DNA of 64,000 bases from the human T2T-CHM13v2.0 reference genome, Homo sapiens. Made by a program: the position numbers and the translations under genes. Under the pieces are notes generated by a model. It was not told the origin of the DNA and did not search any database. It was given only the letters and a program-made list of their open reading frames with translations. How positions within the stretch are numbered: the first letter of the stretch is position 1; each line of letters begins with the position of its first letter. The stretch lies in the NCBI RefSeq assembly GCF_009914755.1, contig NC_060939.1. One strand, written 5' to 3'. Positions 44,710 through 60,473 of this stretch are shown one piece after another.

Positions 44710-47533
44710 TGAAAAAAATTATCAAGTGCATAAGTTCATAATAGAAAAACCAATAATACTCCAGGCACAAGTTAGTACTAAAGAAATTATGTTGAATATT
44801 CTCTAATACAACATGCTTTTTCCCTTCATGAACAATTTGTGTTTTACTGAGAAGAGTCATTTTTTATGGTAGACATTAGACTACAGATGAATATGTACTT
44901 TAAACACTCTTAGTTGCTTTCTTAATTTTATAGCTGCTGCTTTATGCTTCTGTTTATTTTCATTCTTTCCAATGTCTACATTCTAGTAAATTTGAATATT
45001 TTAATCCAAGTTTATATACCATTTAATATTGCTTGTATAGTTTAGTATTTTTAAGACTCAAAAAGGTTTACAGAAAGAAGAAAAAGATCAACATGTTATT
45101 AATCATTTAAAGATCATTTTAAAATCTTTGACCTTTATATTTTCATGAATAAAATGTTAGTAGTTATTAGTATAAAATAATTTATGTCTTTTGGACTTAG
45201 CATCCAGTATTTCTTTTTTAATAAAGAAAATAATTATTCTCTTGCAATGTACTATGTTTATCTGGGTTTTGAAAAGTGATGTTTCCTAATATGAGAAAGC
45301 CATTTACATTTTTAAATCTACAAAGGCAAATGGAATGGTACTAAATTATTTACATAATAATGTTTAGATGGTGGCCCTTATAACATTCTTTCTATACTTC
45401 CTACAGAGTTGGGGATATGCAATCCTAGAATATTTCTGGGAGCTAATCATTTTGCTTGATGAATGAAACAAGACTTTTAAATAAAATTAAACTTTCAAAT
45501 TATCCACGTAATGGGCCTGTCTTTTAATTCAATGGATATGGAGCATAATGAATTATCCCCTGTTCATTGGGTAATAAGTTCTCATTCTTAACTTATAATA
45601 CTCAAAATGTCCTTTAATTTTTAATTTTTGATAGTCATATCATTATCCCTAGGTATTTTAGCTTCTATCTTAAATTCTAAAATGATTTTGAAACAGGAGA
45701 AAGTATTCTTTATTACTATATGTATTAAACATCATGGTTTTCAAATTTAACTGCAAATGTATCTTTTCATTGCTTCTTGATGACACCCTTCACCCTATCC
45801 ATATTGTCACTACCAAGTGGTGATTACTTTTCAGGTTCACATACTTATTCTTTAGAAAAATCTTCTCTGTGCTTTATAAAGAATATGATTGTTGGCATTC
45901 AAAAGCCAGTGAAGTATACATTATTAGCCTGTTGCATAACTCATTTCTTTAAGAAACTAACTAATTACCCACATACTTATGTTTTTATTTCCTCATTATT
46001 TCTGGAGAAAACAAATACTGCTAACATGATATTTGTAAGAGAGAAAAAAGTCTTTTCTTGAAAAGTGCTGTCATTGTAGTACTAACTTATAGTATCAACT
46101 TCTTTATCAACTCCTTATACACTTTTTATTCTGAGAGAAATAAAAAAGCTAAAAGTGAAATGACTTTTTTACTCTCCATATTATAAGCACCCATCTTGGT
46201 CATTTAGGGTCTTTATAGTTAGGGTAAGTTGTGTCATACCGAGGTTACAAAATAAAAAATATTTTGTCTCTTTGGGCCTTTCCTTATTCAGTAATACTGT
46301 CAGTTTGGCTTTTTTTGTAGGTCAACTTATTGAACTCAGTATTCTGAAATAATATGTCTACTATCTTTTGATAAGCATTTAAAATATCAGATTTATTGTT
46401 ACTCTTCTGCTTTTATTGGGCTGGAAGAATAATTGTTTCACTCCACAAAAGCCAAGTTGCAGAGAAAAACACATAGACATTCAACTGCAAAGCAGAGAAA
46501 CTTGACTATTTTCTGCAATTTTAAAGTGTATATTGAATAAAACCATCTTTTTATTTTCTTTTTTGCTCACTGGCAAATATTAACAACATCAAGTGTATTA
46601 TTATAATGTTATCTAGTTAAAAATCTCAAAAAGTTTTCATAATTACCATTTAAAAATATATAAATAGGTGACCTAATGTTAATTTTTATTGTCTGAGACC
46701 ATGTCTGTTATTTCACTCTTTAAATTCAGTTAGTAATGCAGAACCTAGCACTTAGTAGATACTCAAAAATTATTTGCTGAATAAAAAAAGGTTAAACATA
46801 ATATATACAAAATGTACTGGAAAAAATGCACCAAACAATTTTGTTATACCAGTTTAATGTAAATATTGCCTTTAAAAGATAATATAGTTTTCAGGTGTCT
46901 ACAGTGATTTTGTAATATTTGTGCACATATAAAATAATATTTCCAAAAATGTAATCCAGTGGGGAAATATACTTTCTAAATTCTAGATTTATAATTTAGG
47001 GTTTAAATTATAAAATCATTAAATAAGACACAAGTGAAATATAGTCAAATATCCCCTTGGAAAAAAATTAAGTGGCCTCTAAAGTGAGGTATTAATATAT
47101 GTAATTTTACAATCCTCTAGTGATAGAATTAAATACATCACCAAATTGATTATCTCCTACAGTGTTAAAAGAGAAGCACTAACAATGCCAGTGACCATGT
47201 AACATGGATTTAAGCTACAAGTCATAGAAATGTGATGAGAAGCCTCAGCGCTGTAAAACAGAGGGTGGAGGAAAGATTTTCCTCTCTCAAATGAGCTTTG
47301 CGAGGTATACTTCTTGAAGGATAGAAGTTGAAGTGTTCAGGACTTTTATGTCTATTCTACTTTGGCTTAGTTTACATGATTCTTAGTTTATTAGCCTAGA
47401 AATGGCCAAGAAAACTTAAGGTTCAATAATTAGTTATAAATATGAAATATCCCCAATTTTTAAGACAAAAACAACTTATAAATGTATTTGTCTGTAAAAA
47501 TTGTGTATATTTTTACAGAACATCTATTTCTTT

Positions 47534-48284
47534 CTTTTTTTATTTTTTAATTATACTTTAAATTCTAGGGTACACATGCACAATGTGCAGGTTTGTTGCA
47601 TATGTATACATGTGCCATGTTGGTGTGCTGCACCCATTAACTCATCATTTATATTAGGCATATCTCCTAATGCTATCCCTCCCCCCTCCCCCCACCCCAC
47701 AACAGGCCCTGGTGTGTGATGTTCCCCTTCCTGTGTCCAAGTGTTCTCATTGTTCAATTCCCACCTATGAGTGAGAACATGCGGTGTTTGGTTTTTTGTC
47801 CTTGCGATAGTTTGCTGAGAATGATGGTTTCCAGCTTCATCTGTGTCCCTACAAAGGACATGAACTCATCATTTTTTATGGATGCATAGTATTCCATGGT
47901 GTATATGTGCCACATTTTCTTCATCCAGTCTATCATTGTTGGACATTTGGGTTGGTTCCAAGTCTTTGCTATTGTGAATAGTGCCGCAATAAACATACGT
48001 GTGCATGTGTCTTTATAGCAGCACAATTTATAATCCTTTGGGTATATACCCAGTAGTGGGATGGCTGGGTCAAATGGTATTTCTAGTTCTAGATCCCTGA
48101 GGAATGGCCACACTGTCTTCCACAGTGGTTGAACTAGTTTACAGTCCCACCAACAGTGTGAAAGTGTTCCTATTTCTCCACATCCTCTCCAGCACCTGTT
48201 GTTTCCTGACTTTTTAATGATCACCACTCTAACTGGTGTGAGATGGTATCTCATTGTGGTTTTGATTTGCATTTCTCTGATGGG
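47534..48284 (-). mobile_element. 5'-truncated L1PA (primate L1) 3' end
   Basis: ORF 47754..48272 is the L1 ORF2 C-terminus ([18 protein letters not shown]); TSD TCTATTTCTTT (47523-47533 / 48285-48295). Confidence 0.95.
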
Positions 48285-50272
48285 TCTATTTCTTTAAAAC
48301 AAAAGGAGGGGAGTCTCTCATTTACATTAGTTTTTTTCATAGCCTTTTGAACTTTGCAATTTCTATGTTTCAGAACCGATTTCTTACAGTTTTTCTATGC
48401 TAAACTCTGTCCTAGTCAGTTCTAGAGTGTATGAAGAACCAAATGATGTAATTGTATGCGACCTGGCTGTAGTGGAACAAATTTGACTCTAAAGTATGCA
48501 GGCTCCAATTTTCCTGTGTGGTTTTGGTAAGTATTCCTTACATAGGTTTTTTCTTTGAAAATCTGGGATTGAGAGGTTGATGAATGAAAATTAATCCTTT
48601 CACTTTGTTGTATATAGGTTTGCAATAATTAAGTCAGAGTGGAGTTTTAAGGTCATGGAGGGGTCTGATGACTTACAAATGGGCTCTGATTGGGCAACTA
48701 CTCATCTGAGTTCCTTCCATTTGACCTAATTAAGCTTGTGAAATTTACACTAAGCCATGAGCTCATCTTTAAAAAGTTTTATTAAAAGATTTTCAGCTGT
48801 TCCAAATGGGACTTATTAGTGGAATGTGTTTTAAAGGATCATATCAGATGAATGAAAGGTATTTGATCCTTCGTTTCCTTAATAATAAAATGATGGTTTG
48901 GAAAAATAGGCTGCAGTCTAACCACAGTGCTATTATTAGGCTTTCATGTTAAACATAGGTCTAAGCCTAAGTATGTCAATACAACAAATACTTACTGTTT
49001 CATTTCTAGTAATGAAAAAAAAAAAAACAAGTCTTTCTGGCATAAGGATGATTTTCATCTGGTCATTTTGAAACATTTTTGTAAAATAAATTTACATCTA
49101 TAAAGAACATTTTTATTTGTAAGGAGGGGTATGTCTCTGTGCACTGGAAGAGAGGGAGGACTAAATCACTGGGAAGTCTTATGATAAAGAAGCCATTGGC
49201 TTAAATCAGCAAAGCAAGCCGTCCCTTGGTTTAAGGTGTTTTTCCTGGCCATCCTGTCTTGACTAGAACTTTACCTACACCTTCCTTTTTGGTTTAGGCA
49301 AATTATAGTATCTAAAACTGAAGTCTCAGCTCTGTGTCTTTGAGATATAAATGTTCTACCATGTCTTCTCTGGAACCTGATAACTATCTATCTCTTTAAA
49401 ATGCAAGTCTAGGGAGATGACTCATCAGAAAAAGAAGAAAAAAGAGGTATTTGGAAATTGTGCAAATTAAAGCAGCCCCTGATGCCAAAGTCTACACATT
49501 CCTGAGTGAGTCAGTTCTGGCCAGTTCTAGCTGGATCAAGAGAGCTCTGCTGGGCAGGCCTGAAGAGCACCTGGATGGCAGACACCTGAGGAGCCAGGTG
49601 CCTGAAACTTCCTCCACCTACTTGAGGAGCGCCAAAGCCCAGGTGCTGGCTGGACAACCCCTTCTGGCTGCCTAAGCAGATGGCAGAAGAAGGAAACAAG
49701 GTCAGAGGCGGAGTGTTGAACCCTGCCTCCCAGGTGGGTGGAAGATGCCTGTCGCCAAACTAGGGCCCAGCTTGCCAGGTGAGATGGGTGAACTGGTGAT
49801 CCCCCGAGAGAGTGGACGTCAGAACTACATGTTCCCGGACTTCACCTCGGCCAGCGAAGGAGAGAGAGGGTTAATGTTAACTGCACGAGGCTCACTCTAG
49901 CCTTAAATTCTGTAATTCAAACCCTTCCCTTGGAGACAAAACAAACATGACAAGGAATTCTGAGGTCAGGGGAGACGAATCACAAGTTCCCTAGTGGGAG
50001 ACTGAGGAGGCAGTGTCCTTCCTGCCCTTGGTCTACTGGCTAAGAACCTTCCTTAGCCTCACCTTTGCACATTGCACTTTCAGCTCTGTTTGCAATTTTC
50101 CTCCTTTAGTGCTGAGGGAATCCCAGTGTTCGATCCTGAAATCTATAGGTTCCTAATGGGTGGTTAAAAAAAACCTCAGCGAGAGAAGCAGAAAATGTTT
50201 CCTCTTCCTGAAAAACTGTAGAAAGGCAGGCACCATTCTGGGTGAGGACATGGTCCTTGCAAATGTCTTTGT

Positions 50273-50578
<306 letters not shown>

Positions 50579-53041
50579 GCAAACGTCTTTAAAGACAGCA
50601 TGTTTCAGAGGCTGTGACAGTGCCCTGTGAACATGCCAATTCTCGCAGTCCCGGCAGCTCTGAGGAGCAGGCTCGGCTCCTTGCCAGGCTGATGGTACTG
50701 AAACTCTGCTCTCCAAGACATAACCTGATGGCCGTGCAAGATTTCTTAATCGACTGTGGACCGTGAGAGTCTGCATCTCATTTTAATTAAGATGGGAAAA
50801 GAAAGAACAAAAGAGCAACTCCCAGGTTATAGAGAAACTGGATTTTAGTATAATATTCAAGTGTAACATTGCTAATAATAACAAACCTTTCCCCTCCCAA
50901 ACGGTAAACACTTGCACTGCCTATTATACAAAAATTCAACCACCCTCTCTGTTCCCCCGATATCTCCTGCCCAGTGACCCCCGTTTCATGCGGCCTCATG
51001 AGCCTGGCCAGTGGTGAATGGCAGTTTCATGGGCATGAGACTCCACGTGAGTGGGACTCAGCTGGGACCCCTCTCCACGTGGGAGCTGGAGAAGCCACCC
51101 TAGTAGCAGCTTAAAGTGTCCGTGATGTCCCTGCTGCTGAGCTAGGGGCCGCCTCTGAGCTGGTATCGGGGTGTGAGCTGCTGCTGGTAGTGGGCTCTGC
51201 CCTGAGTGCCTGGTGGCTGGTCAGAACGGCAGGCACACATGGGTGACTCCCCAGGAACTCAGGCCACCTCCCCACCACAGCCCTGCACCGTGTGCTCCAG
51301 GCATGTGCTGAGTGCCTGGTCAATCACCAGTGCCCTATTGATCCCAGTCTCCAGAGAGATCATTTAGTGTCACTCCACAGAGGGGGAAACTGAGGCCCAG
51401 AGAAGTAAGGTGACTCTCCCCAGTCACAGGGCTGGTCAGCAGTAGGATGGGAGGCTAGTCCCTTGCTGTCTGACTCCCTGAGCCCACCCATATCCCAAGG
51501 CAGCCAACCTCTGCCCGCCCTGGTTCAGGACCCGACTGGCTCCTGTGGTGGGTGATGTCTATCTTCCTGGCCTTTGTGCTCCCAGCCAACTGGGATGGAG
51601 CCTCCAGCTGGCATGACATGTTGTAGCTATGGACAGAAGAGTGGCTGTGAGGCTGCCAGGAATCTCACCAGGGCCCCCTCCCAGGGCCTGTCCAGAGTGA
51701 GGTCTGGGTACCCCAGGCATTGCCAGACCACAGGATCTGATGTTGACCAAGAGGCCATGGCCACAGGCTTTCTGAGGCTGGCCCCCAGGGAGAGTTCAAT
51801 CCCACTATCCCAATTCCTGCCCTGGCCTTACCTCTCAGTCTCACCGAGCCGCTTCATGGTCCCAAACCAGGACCCAAAGTGCTGCTTGGGCTCAAGGTTG
51901 TAATTATATGCAGCCAACTGGAGCAGCGGACCTCCTTGCTTACTTTGAATTCCTGGGTCCAGAGGGAAAAACTGGGTGGTGACAGGGACTGGACAGGGAT
52001 GCCACAGGGGCCCTGTGGGGGTGTTAGATTGGGTGGTGGCCAGTCTTTGCTCATAGGGGACACCCTTCTCCTCTCCAGTCCTGTCCCCACCTGTTCTCAG
52101 AGCTGGCTCAAACAGCAGCTCCTCCAGGAAGGTGTCCTTGGTTTCAACCTGGTACTCCCACCTGCAGGTCTTCCTGGAGTGTCTCCTCTTTCTCTCTGTC
52201 TCCCCATAAATCTAAGATGAGGGGGATGGATTTGCCCACCGCTACTCACCGTATGACTCTTGTGAGGTTGATCAGTCTCCCCTGGAAGGCCAACAGCTGA
52301 AGTCCATCAGAAAGGGTCCTCTGGCCCAGAGCCAGCCCCTGCCCACCCCTGTCATGCTGCACCCAGGGTGCAAGCCCCAGATCAGGTCTGGGTGACAGGA
52401 GGGGTATAGAGGGGCTGAGGCTCAGGGGCCTTCTAGCCTAACTTGTCTGGAGACAGTTGGGGAAACTGAGACCCCAAGCAGGTAGGTATGGCTCCGAGAG
52501 ATTATTCTCGTTAACCTGGAACATTTTTGCAAGCTGTTAGGTATAGGAAGTCTGTCACAGGTAAGAGAAATGCTTTTTGAGAGCATGAGAGACAGCAGGG
52601 CTGTGACAATATTGAAACACCACCGTGCAGATTCACCAATTGCCACCACCGGGAGCCCCCTGAGAGTCATTGCAGATGCACAGCCCTCCCCTGCAACCCC
52701 TGGACCTCCCCATGGTCTGGCACCTAAAGGGTTATGCCTCATGGCAGGAATCAGGGCCCTCAGGATGCCCTGCCCACTCCAAGGTCTGCCTCTGCTCTGA
52801 TTGGTCACTGACATTCAGATTGTCACCCAAATATAAGGACGTTAGCAGAAAGACTCATTCAATACAAGTGGACTCAGACATAGATAGGAATTGAGTTGCA
52901 AAAAGCCCCTTTTGTTTCTTTTATTTTGGAAAAAACTTTTATTGTGAAATTCACATATATATATATGGAAAAAAAACTGAATCAATGCAAAAGGATAGAC
53001 AATGAACAAATGAATTCCCCTTCCACTCCAGATCCCCAACT

Positions 53042-53236
53042 CAGATCCAGACCTCCTGAGCCCACTTCCCCCATCTCATCACAGATCCAGACCTCCTGAG
53101 CCCACTTTCCCCATCTCATCACAGATCCAGACCTCCTGAGCCCACTTTCCCCATCTCATCACAGATCCAGACCTCCCCCACTTTCCCCATCTCATCACAG
53201 ATCCAGACCTCCTGAGCCCACTTCCCCATCTCATCA
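53042..53236 (+). repeat. 40-bp VNTR, 5 copies (CAGATCCAGACCTCCTGAGCCCACTTTCCCCATCTCATCA)
   Basis: Visible tandem units. Confidence 0.93.
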
Positions 53237-53255
53237 CCAGTGATTTCTTGGGCTC

Positions 53256-53548
53256 TGCATTAGTTTTCTATTGCTGCTGCAGCAAACAGCTACAGACTCA
53301 GTGGCTTCCATTTCCGTCTTATAGTTCTGGTTGCCAAAAGTCCTAAGAGGATCTCACTGGGCTAAAGTCAAGGTGCTGGTGGGGCTATGTCCCTTCTGGA
53401 GGCTCAAGGGATGAATCAGGTCCCTGCGTTTTCTAGCTTCTAGGGGCTCCAGCTTCTGGGTTTGTGGCCTCCTTCCTCCATCCTCAAAGCCAGCAACAGC
53501 AGGTGAAGTCCTCGCCCATCGTGCATCACTCTCCCTTCTGCCTCCTTC
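53256..53548 (-). mobile_element. MaLR LTR fragment (MLT1-type)
   Basis: TTAGTTTTCTATTGCTGCTG...CTTCTGGAGGCTC...TTTCTAGCTTCTAG...CTCAAAGCCAGCAAC. Confidence 0.78.
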
Positions 53549-55407
53549 AACTTTTTTTTTTATATTTAGGGGGAACGAGTATAGGATTCTTACATAGTCA
53601 AAAAGCTCCTTATAGAGAAGCTCAGAACTTTCAATACAGCTTTGCCTTTTTTGCCATTTTAATTTTCCGTTTAATTTAAATGTATTCTCTCATTTGACCT
53701 TCATACTCTGTGGAGAAATATTCCTGTTTTGGCTTGTATTGACAAGTTGTTTTCACACAGCCCCCACATCACCCAACCAACCAGCAGAGATCCTCCTTCC
53801 CAAGAAACAGATAAAGAAACTGAGGCCCAGGAAGGCTAAGAGTCCTGCCAGGATTATTCACCTTTCAAGGTAAGGAGCCAGTTCCAGACCTGGGTTTGTG
53901 CAGCTCCAAGCTCCCCCGTCTTTCTACAATGCTAGATTTAGACTAAAGCAATCTAGCAAGTGTGGCCACACAATGGTCAAGTTGGATTTAGATGATGTTC
54001 TCTATAAATCCATTCTCCTCTCCCGTGTAAGCAAGGCAAAGTACTCCAGGCCATGGGGAGTCCCTGAAGACTCGATGAACTGCAGTGGCCACATCAGGAG
54101 GTTGCAGGTTAACCAGAACTCACCGACACAGCAGGAGAGCAGCTTGGAACCTGCAACCTAGCCAAAACCTAGTGCCTTGGATTGGGGGAGAAAACATGCA
54201 GCCATTCCTCTCTCTCTGCTGGCTAGAGGGGATTCTGGCTTTTCCTGCCAGAGCCACCCCTTTCCCTCCTCCTAAAGTTGATGGTGGTTCTTTAAGGAAA
54301 GGGAGAAGTGCACGGTGTGATAGGGCAGGAAGAGAAGAAAACGGAGGAGAGGAGGGGACTTTCCCATAAGCAGGCAGAAGAAAAGGCAGCTGTGGTGTGT
54401 GATGGACATGGATGCAGTGGTGTCCAATGTGGGGTCAGCCCTAGAGGAGAGACAGAGAGAGAGACAGAAAAGTGAGAGAGTCCTGACCCTTATTATTAAC
54501 ATGGGATCTGCCTGCAAATGCTGTTTAGGGTCATCGCCTCTTCCTGTACCACTATTTTTGAGAGTGATGCTCCTGAGCCCCACGACCCAGTCAAATTTGA
54601 TGTCCCCTTGAGCCAGATTCAGTGCTGGGAGTCCAGTGTGATCTGCCTGGATCTTGCTGCATTGAGAACAGGCCAGATCTTGACCCCAATACAGGGGCTG
54701 GATATGAACAGGCAACAGCTGAGTTTCTGAGTCAGAAAGACTTGGTTAATTGCTAATTGCTTAGGCAAGTAATTTAACTTTGTTGCATCAGATTCCTCAG
54801 CTACAAAATGCACATGACAGTACTTATTCCTCCAGGTTGTGGGGAAAATGGAGATTCTAAGCACGATGTCCATTTCACAGAAAGATACCAATTTGGTGGC
54901 TTATTTCCTTTCTACCTTCAGAAGTGGCTATCCCTGCCACCCAAACAGACCCTTGACTCTCAAGTGGATGTCCCATTTGCACAGGGGGAGACCTTACAGC
55001 CTACGTTGAGTCTATACTTACCACTTAGTGAGCATGGTATCTGCTCAGGGGCCTCTGTGGGCATCTGTCTCCTCTGCAGCATCTTTCCTCCCCACTGCTG
55101 GGTCTGCACATGACCCCCTCCTTGGGTTAGGCCTCTGATCAGTGATGACCTTGGTATGGTGGTAATGGTCAGTCTTGGCATCAAATGAGCCAGTTTATAT
55201 CATCAGCTATTCAATAAAATACTAATCTAGGTGTCACCGTGAAAGTATTTTGTGACATTGTTATGTACATATTGTTACAAATGTGCATGATGCATTTACT
55301 ACAGCATAGAATTTTGCCTGGGTGCCACCCTGAAGTCTGTCCGACAGATCATAGCCATGTTAGTCCCACAGTCGCAGGGGCCAATTGATTAAATTATTTT
55401 ATCTCCC

Positions 55408-56345
55408 TTGAGAACTAAAACTAAAATCCTAAGCCCCCCACCCAACTTAACAGACCCCCTGTTGGCCAACGGAACCTCAAATAAATCTTAAAATTCAGTT
55501 CTTGGCCATGACAGGACAGGAAGTCAGACATACCTCCCTGTACCTCCCTCCCTCTTATGGTTTAGACCCAACAACTGAACAGCATTGATGTTAAAATAGA
55601 GATCATGAGACTGACAGAACAGACTCTTTGTGGCAATAAGACCTCAAATTATAAACAGGACCTAGGGCCATGCCAGGCGAGGGTTAAGTCTTGTACCCTA
55701 CTCTTAAAGAATTAACTAGATTCTAGCTACCACATGGGTTTTATTTTTCTCTAGCAGCCAAGCAAGCACTGGCTGTGAGAGATGGCTGTGAGAGAAGATT
55801 AAAACAATTACAACTCACCCAGTTCACAGATGCTGAGTAACTGATCTCCTGCCCCACTAACCTTAACGACAGCTTTCTCTGGACAAGGGACTGATTTCAG
55901 TAACTTTCTCCTGATAAGAGACCATCCTCCATGGACTGGTTCTGGCCAGTTTTAGAGGCTGTGCCTTTACGAGGCTGAGTACCTTCATGTCCCTGCTTCA
56001 CTTTTTGATGTGTAGGGCCTAATTATAATACATTTAAATGTCAAGTCTCCACCCCAGAATGAACATGCATGTTTATTGAATATGCATGTGTTAGGACCTC
56101 TTTTATGAGTATTCTCATAAAATGATATAGCTCCTCTGATATCCTATTGAGTATGTATATGTAGCCAACTCATTTGGCTCAAATTCCTGTCCTCTCCCTC
56201 CCTCCCTGGAAATGCCTGCCTCTGGCCTTGGCTGTAGGCCACACTTCCCAGCCTGTCATAATGGCCACCTTGCAGGCTGCAAACCTTTATAAGAAATAAA
56301 GCTCTCTTTTCTAAATTTATAAAATTGTGTGATTTTTCAGTTGAT
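55408..56345 (+). mobile_element. ERV1 (MER4-group-like) solo LTR, preceded by MLT2-like pieces (~55160-55400)
   Basis: AAAATCCTAAGCCCCCCA start, AATAAAGCTCTC poly(A) region; homologous to 4365-4470. Confidence 0.7.
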
Positions 56346-56353
56346 CCTCTCTT

Positions 56354-56356
<3 letters not shown>

Positions 56357-56385
<29 letters not shown>
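56357..56385. repeat. (CA)n microsatellite
   Basis: Visible run. Confidence 0.95.
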
Positions 56386-56387
<2 letters not shown>

Positions 56388-57510
56388 CAATTTATACAGA
56401 AGGAAATCTGGAGAATATATGTGGGAATGGATATTAAGTGTGTGGCACCATGGTGAAAGTAACATAAAGTTGGATTAGGCTAAATTTATTAATGTTGGCC
56501 CACTAAACAGAGATTCTGGACTCAGAGTTGTAGGTCAAAGCTTTAGAAAGGGCTCCAAGGGTTGGTTTGATCGGTTACTTGGTTGGTTGCTTGCTTGGTT
56601 GGTGGTGCTTGTTTCCTTGCTTGGTTGTTTGGTTGGTTTGTTGCTTGCTTGTTTGCTTGTTGGTTGATTGGTTGGCTGTTTGCTTATTTGTTTGGTGACT
56701 TGGTTGGTTGGCTGAAACAGAATCAGAGTTTACCTAAGGTACATAAAGTTGAGATGCCACAACTTCCTTGGTTTATGTGTACAGAAAGGTATGCAAAAAC
56801 TCAGGGAGACTGGATTTATTATGTCAGACCTGCTCACTCACACTGAAGGGTCTACAGAACATACTCCTCACAACGATCATGAGAAAGAATATTGTGAGAT
56901 GAGCCCAGTATCCTGGAAGAGCTTTGAGCTTGTGCTCTCAGTAGGCAAAATGTTACAGCAGGAACTGCAGCCACTGGACTGGTATCTTTAAGTAAAATGA
57001 GGATAATTGAATCCTGGGGTGGCAGGGAACATGGGCTGTCCTTAATCACCAAAGATGAGGTGGGTGTGGTCACCACAGTGGAAAGCAGTGTCAAAGCAGC
57101 AGTCAGAATGGTTTGACTCACAGACACCCATGGCATTGTGTAGTCCATGGTATCCACAGGGAGAGCTAATGGGCTGTACCAAAGTCTTAGTTGTTGTTTA
57201 AAAAATGAAGAATTCTAGGTCAACTGAATAAAAGACTAACTCAAATTAATGAAACACAGATCTAAAACCCTCAATCAATTCCCAGACTTGAGCCAGTTCA
57301 CAGGCCCACAACCCCTTAAGTGAAGGGGAGGCTGGGTGATCTTGGGGAAGTACGCTGCTACATTGCCAAAAATTTACATTGTTAATCTTTTTCCCAGTCT
57401 TCCCCAAAGGGACCTACAGCCTTCTGCCAGGATGACTGTGACTTAAAGAAAAGAAAATTCTCAGATATTTGGGGAATTACTGGACACTGGCTCTCATTTG
57501 ACACTATTAT
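56388..57510 (+). mobile_element. ERVL internal gag-protease remnant
   Basis: NLYRRKSGEYMWEWILSVWHHGESNIKLD resembles HERV-L gag; [10 protein letters not shown] protease active-site motif at ~57476-57505. Confidence 0.8.
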
Positions 57511-57697
57511 CACTATGTTGCCTAGGATGGATTCATGCTTCTGGGTTCGAGCAGTCCTCCTACCTCAGCCTCCCAAAGTGCTGGGATGACAGACATGAGC
57601 CACTGTGGCCAGCAGAGCTTTGAAACTAGAACATGGAGGTCCAGTGGTAAATATTTGACAAGTCTGGGAAGAGATTGGGCCAAGGCAATGTTGATGA

Positions 57698-58320
<623 letters not shown>

Positions 58321-58790
58321 AATGTTGATGATTCTAAGCAGCCGCTAATGTGAAAACCATCCAACTGGAAGACCTGGCCTTTCCCAGAGGACACAGTCTG
58401 GGTGGTGGGCAGAGACTTCAGCTGACTTCCAAGGCAAGCAGCTCCTTGCTGCCCGCTTGCTGGGGATTTTACTTACGGGGCAGAAGCTGGCAAGTGATTT
58501 GGGGGCAGGAATTGCTTCCTGGATGGTATAGGATGAACCACACTCCCCAGGAAGGCACTCATCCTGGTGGCCTAACAGAAGTAGCCCTCACCTCAAAAGG
58601 TAATGCTGCTCCACTAGTTTTATGGGGTGACTCCTTCCTGTAGGTTCCTTCCAGCTTTACCAGAAACACAGAACATCTTTCCTGACAGGGCATTGGTTTT
58701 GTTTTTGAACAGAGAGATCCTTCTTTTAAAAAGTTAGTTTTTTCTTTTTTTTTTTTGTAATGGAATCAACCTAGGTCCTAAGCCTAGCAG

Positions 58791-59103
<313 letters not shown>

Positions 59104-59277
59104 ACAGGTTATTTTTGCTGATCTTCTCCCTCCTCCCACCCTCTACCCTCAAAGAAAATGTGGTACATCTACACCATGGAATACTACGCAACCCTGAAAA
59201 GGAACAAAATCATTTTTTTGTTTTTTTTGTTTGTTTGTTTTTGCAGCAACATGGATGTAGCTGGAGGCCATTATCTT

Positions 59278-59744
59278 TTTTAATTATTTTTATTATTTTT
59301 TATTTTTTCTATTCTACTTTAAGTTCTGGGGTATATGTGCAGAATGTGCAGGATTGTTACATAGATATATATGTGCCATAGCGGTTTGCTGCACCCATCA
59401 ACCCATCATCTACATTAGATATTTCTCATAATGCTGTCCCTCCCCCAGTCCCCCACCCCTGCAACAGGCCCCAGTGTGTGATGTTCCCCTCTCCGGGTCG
59501 ATGTGTTCTCATTGTTCACTTCCCTCTTATGGTGAGAACATGCACTGTTTGGTTTTCTGTTCCTGTTTCACTTTGCTGAACATGAGGGTTTCCAGCTTCA
59601 TCCATGTCCCTGCAAAGGACATGAACTCATCCTTTTTCATGGCTGCATAGTATTCCACAGTGTCTATGTGCTGCATTTTGTTTATCCAGTCTATCACTGA
59701 TGAGCATTTGGGTTGGTTCCACATCTTTGCTATTGTGAACAGTG
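59278..59744 (-). mobile_element. Truncated L1PA 3' end inserted in an older plus-strand L1 3'UTR (59155-60015)
   Basis: 16-bp TSD TGGAGGCCATTATCTT. Confidence 0.88.
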
Positions 59745-60110
59745 TGGAGGCCATTATCTTAAGTAAATTAACAGAATGCTGCATGTTCTCACTATAAGTG
59801 GGAGCTAAATGTTGTGTATAGGTAGACACAGAGAAGGGAACAGATACTGGGTTCTAGTTAGGGGGAGAGAGGAAGGTAGAAGGACAAGAGTTGAAAAAAC
59901 CAACTGTGGGGTATTATGCTCACTATCTGGGTGATGGGATCACTCATACCCCAGACCTCAGCATCACACATCGTCCGCATGTAAGAAACCTGTACATGTA
60001 CCTCCTGAATCCAAACTGCTCCACCATTTGCACCAGCAATTCCAAGACTGGGCATCTACCCAGAGGAAAAGAAGTCATTCTACCAAAAAGATACATGCAT
60101 GGTAAAGTTC

Positions 60111-60398
60111 CTTTTTTTTTGTTTGTTTTTTGAGATGGCGTCTCGCTCTATTGCCCATGCTGGAGTGCAGTAGCAATCTTGGCTCACTGCAACCTCTGCC
60201 TCCTGGGTTAAAGTGATTCTCCTGCCTCAGCCTCCTGAGCAGCTGGGATTACAGGCATGCGCCACCATGCCTGGCTAGTTTTTGTATTTTTAGTAGAGAT
60301 AGGGTTTCACCATGTTGACCAGGCTGGTCTTGAACTCCTGACCTCAGGTGATCTGCCCACCTTGGCCCTCCAGAGTGCTGGGATTATAGTGCCCAGCC
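60111..60398 (-). mobile_element. AluS
   Basis: Full dimer. Confidence 0.9.
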
Positions 60399-60473
60399 CT
60401 GTAAGGTTTGTCACAGCATGACTTACAATAGGAAAGTCATGGAATCAACCTAGTTGCCCATCAGTAGGGTACC

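Noticed and set aside
47163-47304. Possible plus-strand exon (CTCCTACAG|...GAG|GTATAC)
   Set aside because: Weak donor, no recognisable peptide and no partner exons identified
47754-48272. 172-aa ORF as a gene
   Set aside because: C-terminus of L1 ORF2 in a 5'-truncated, TSD-flanked insertion
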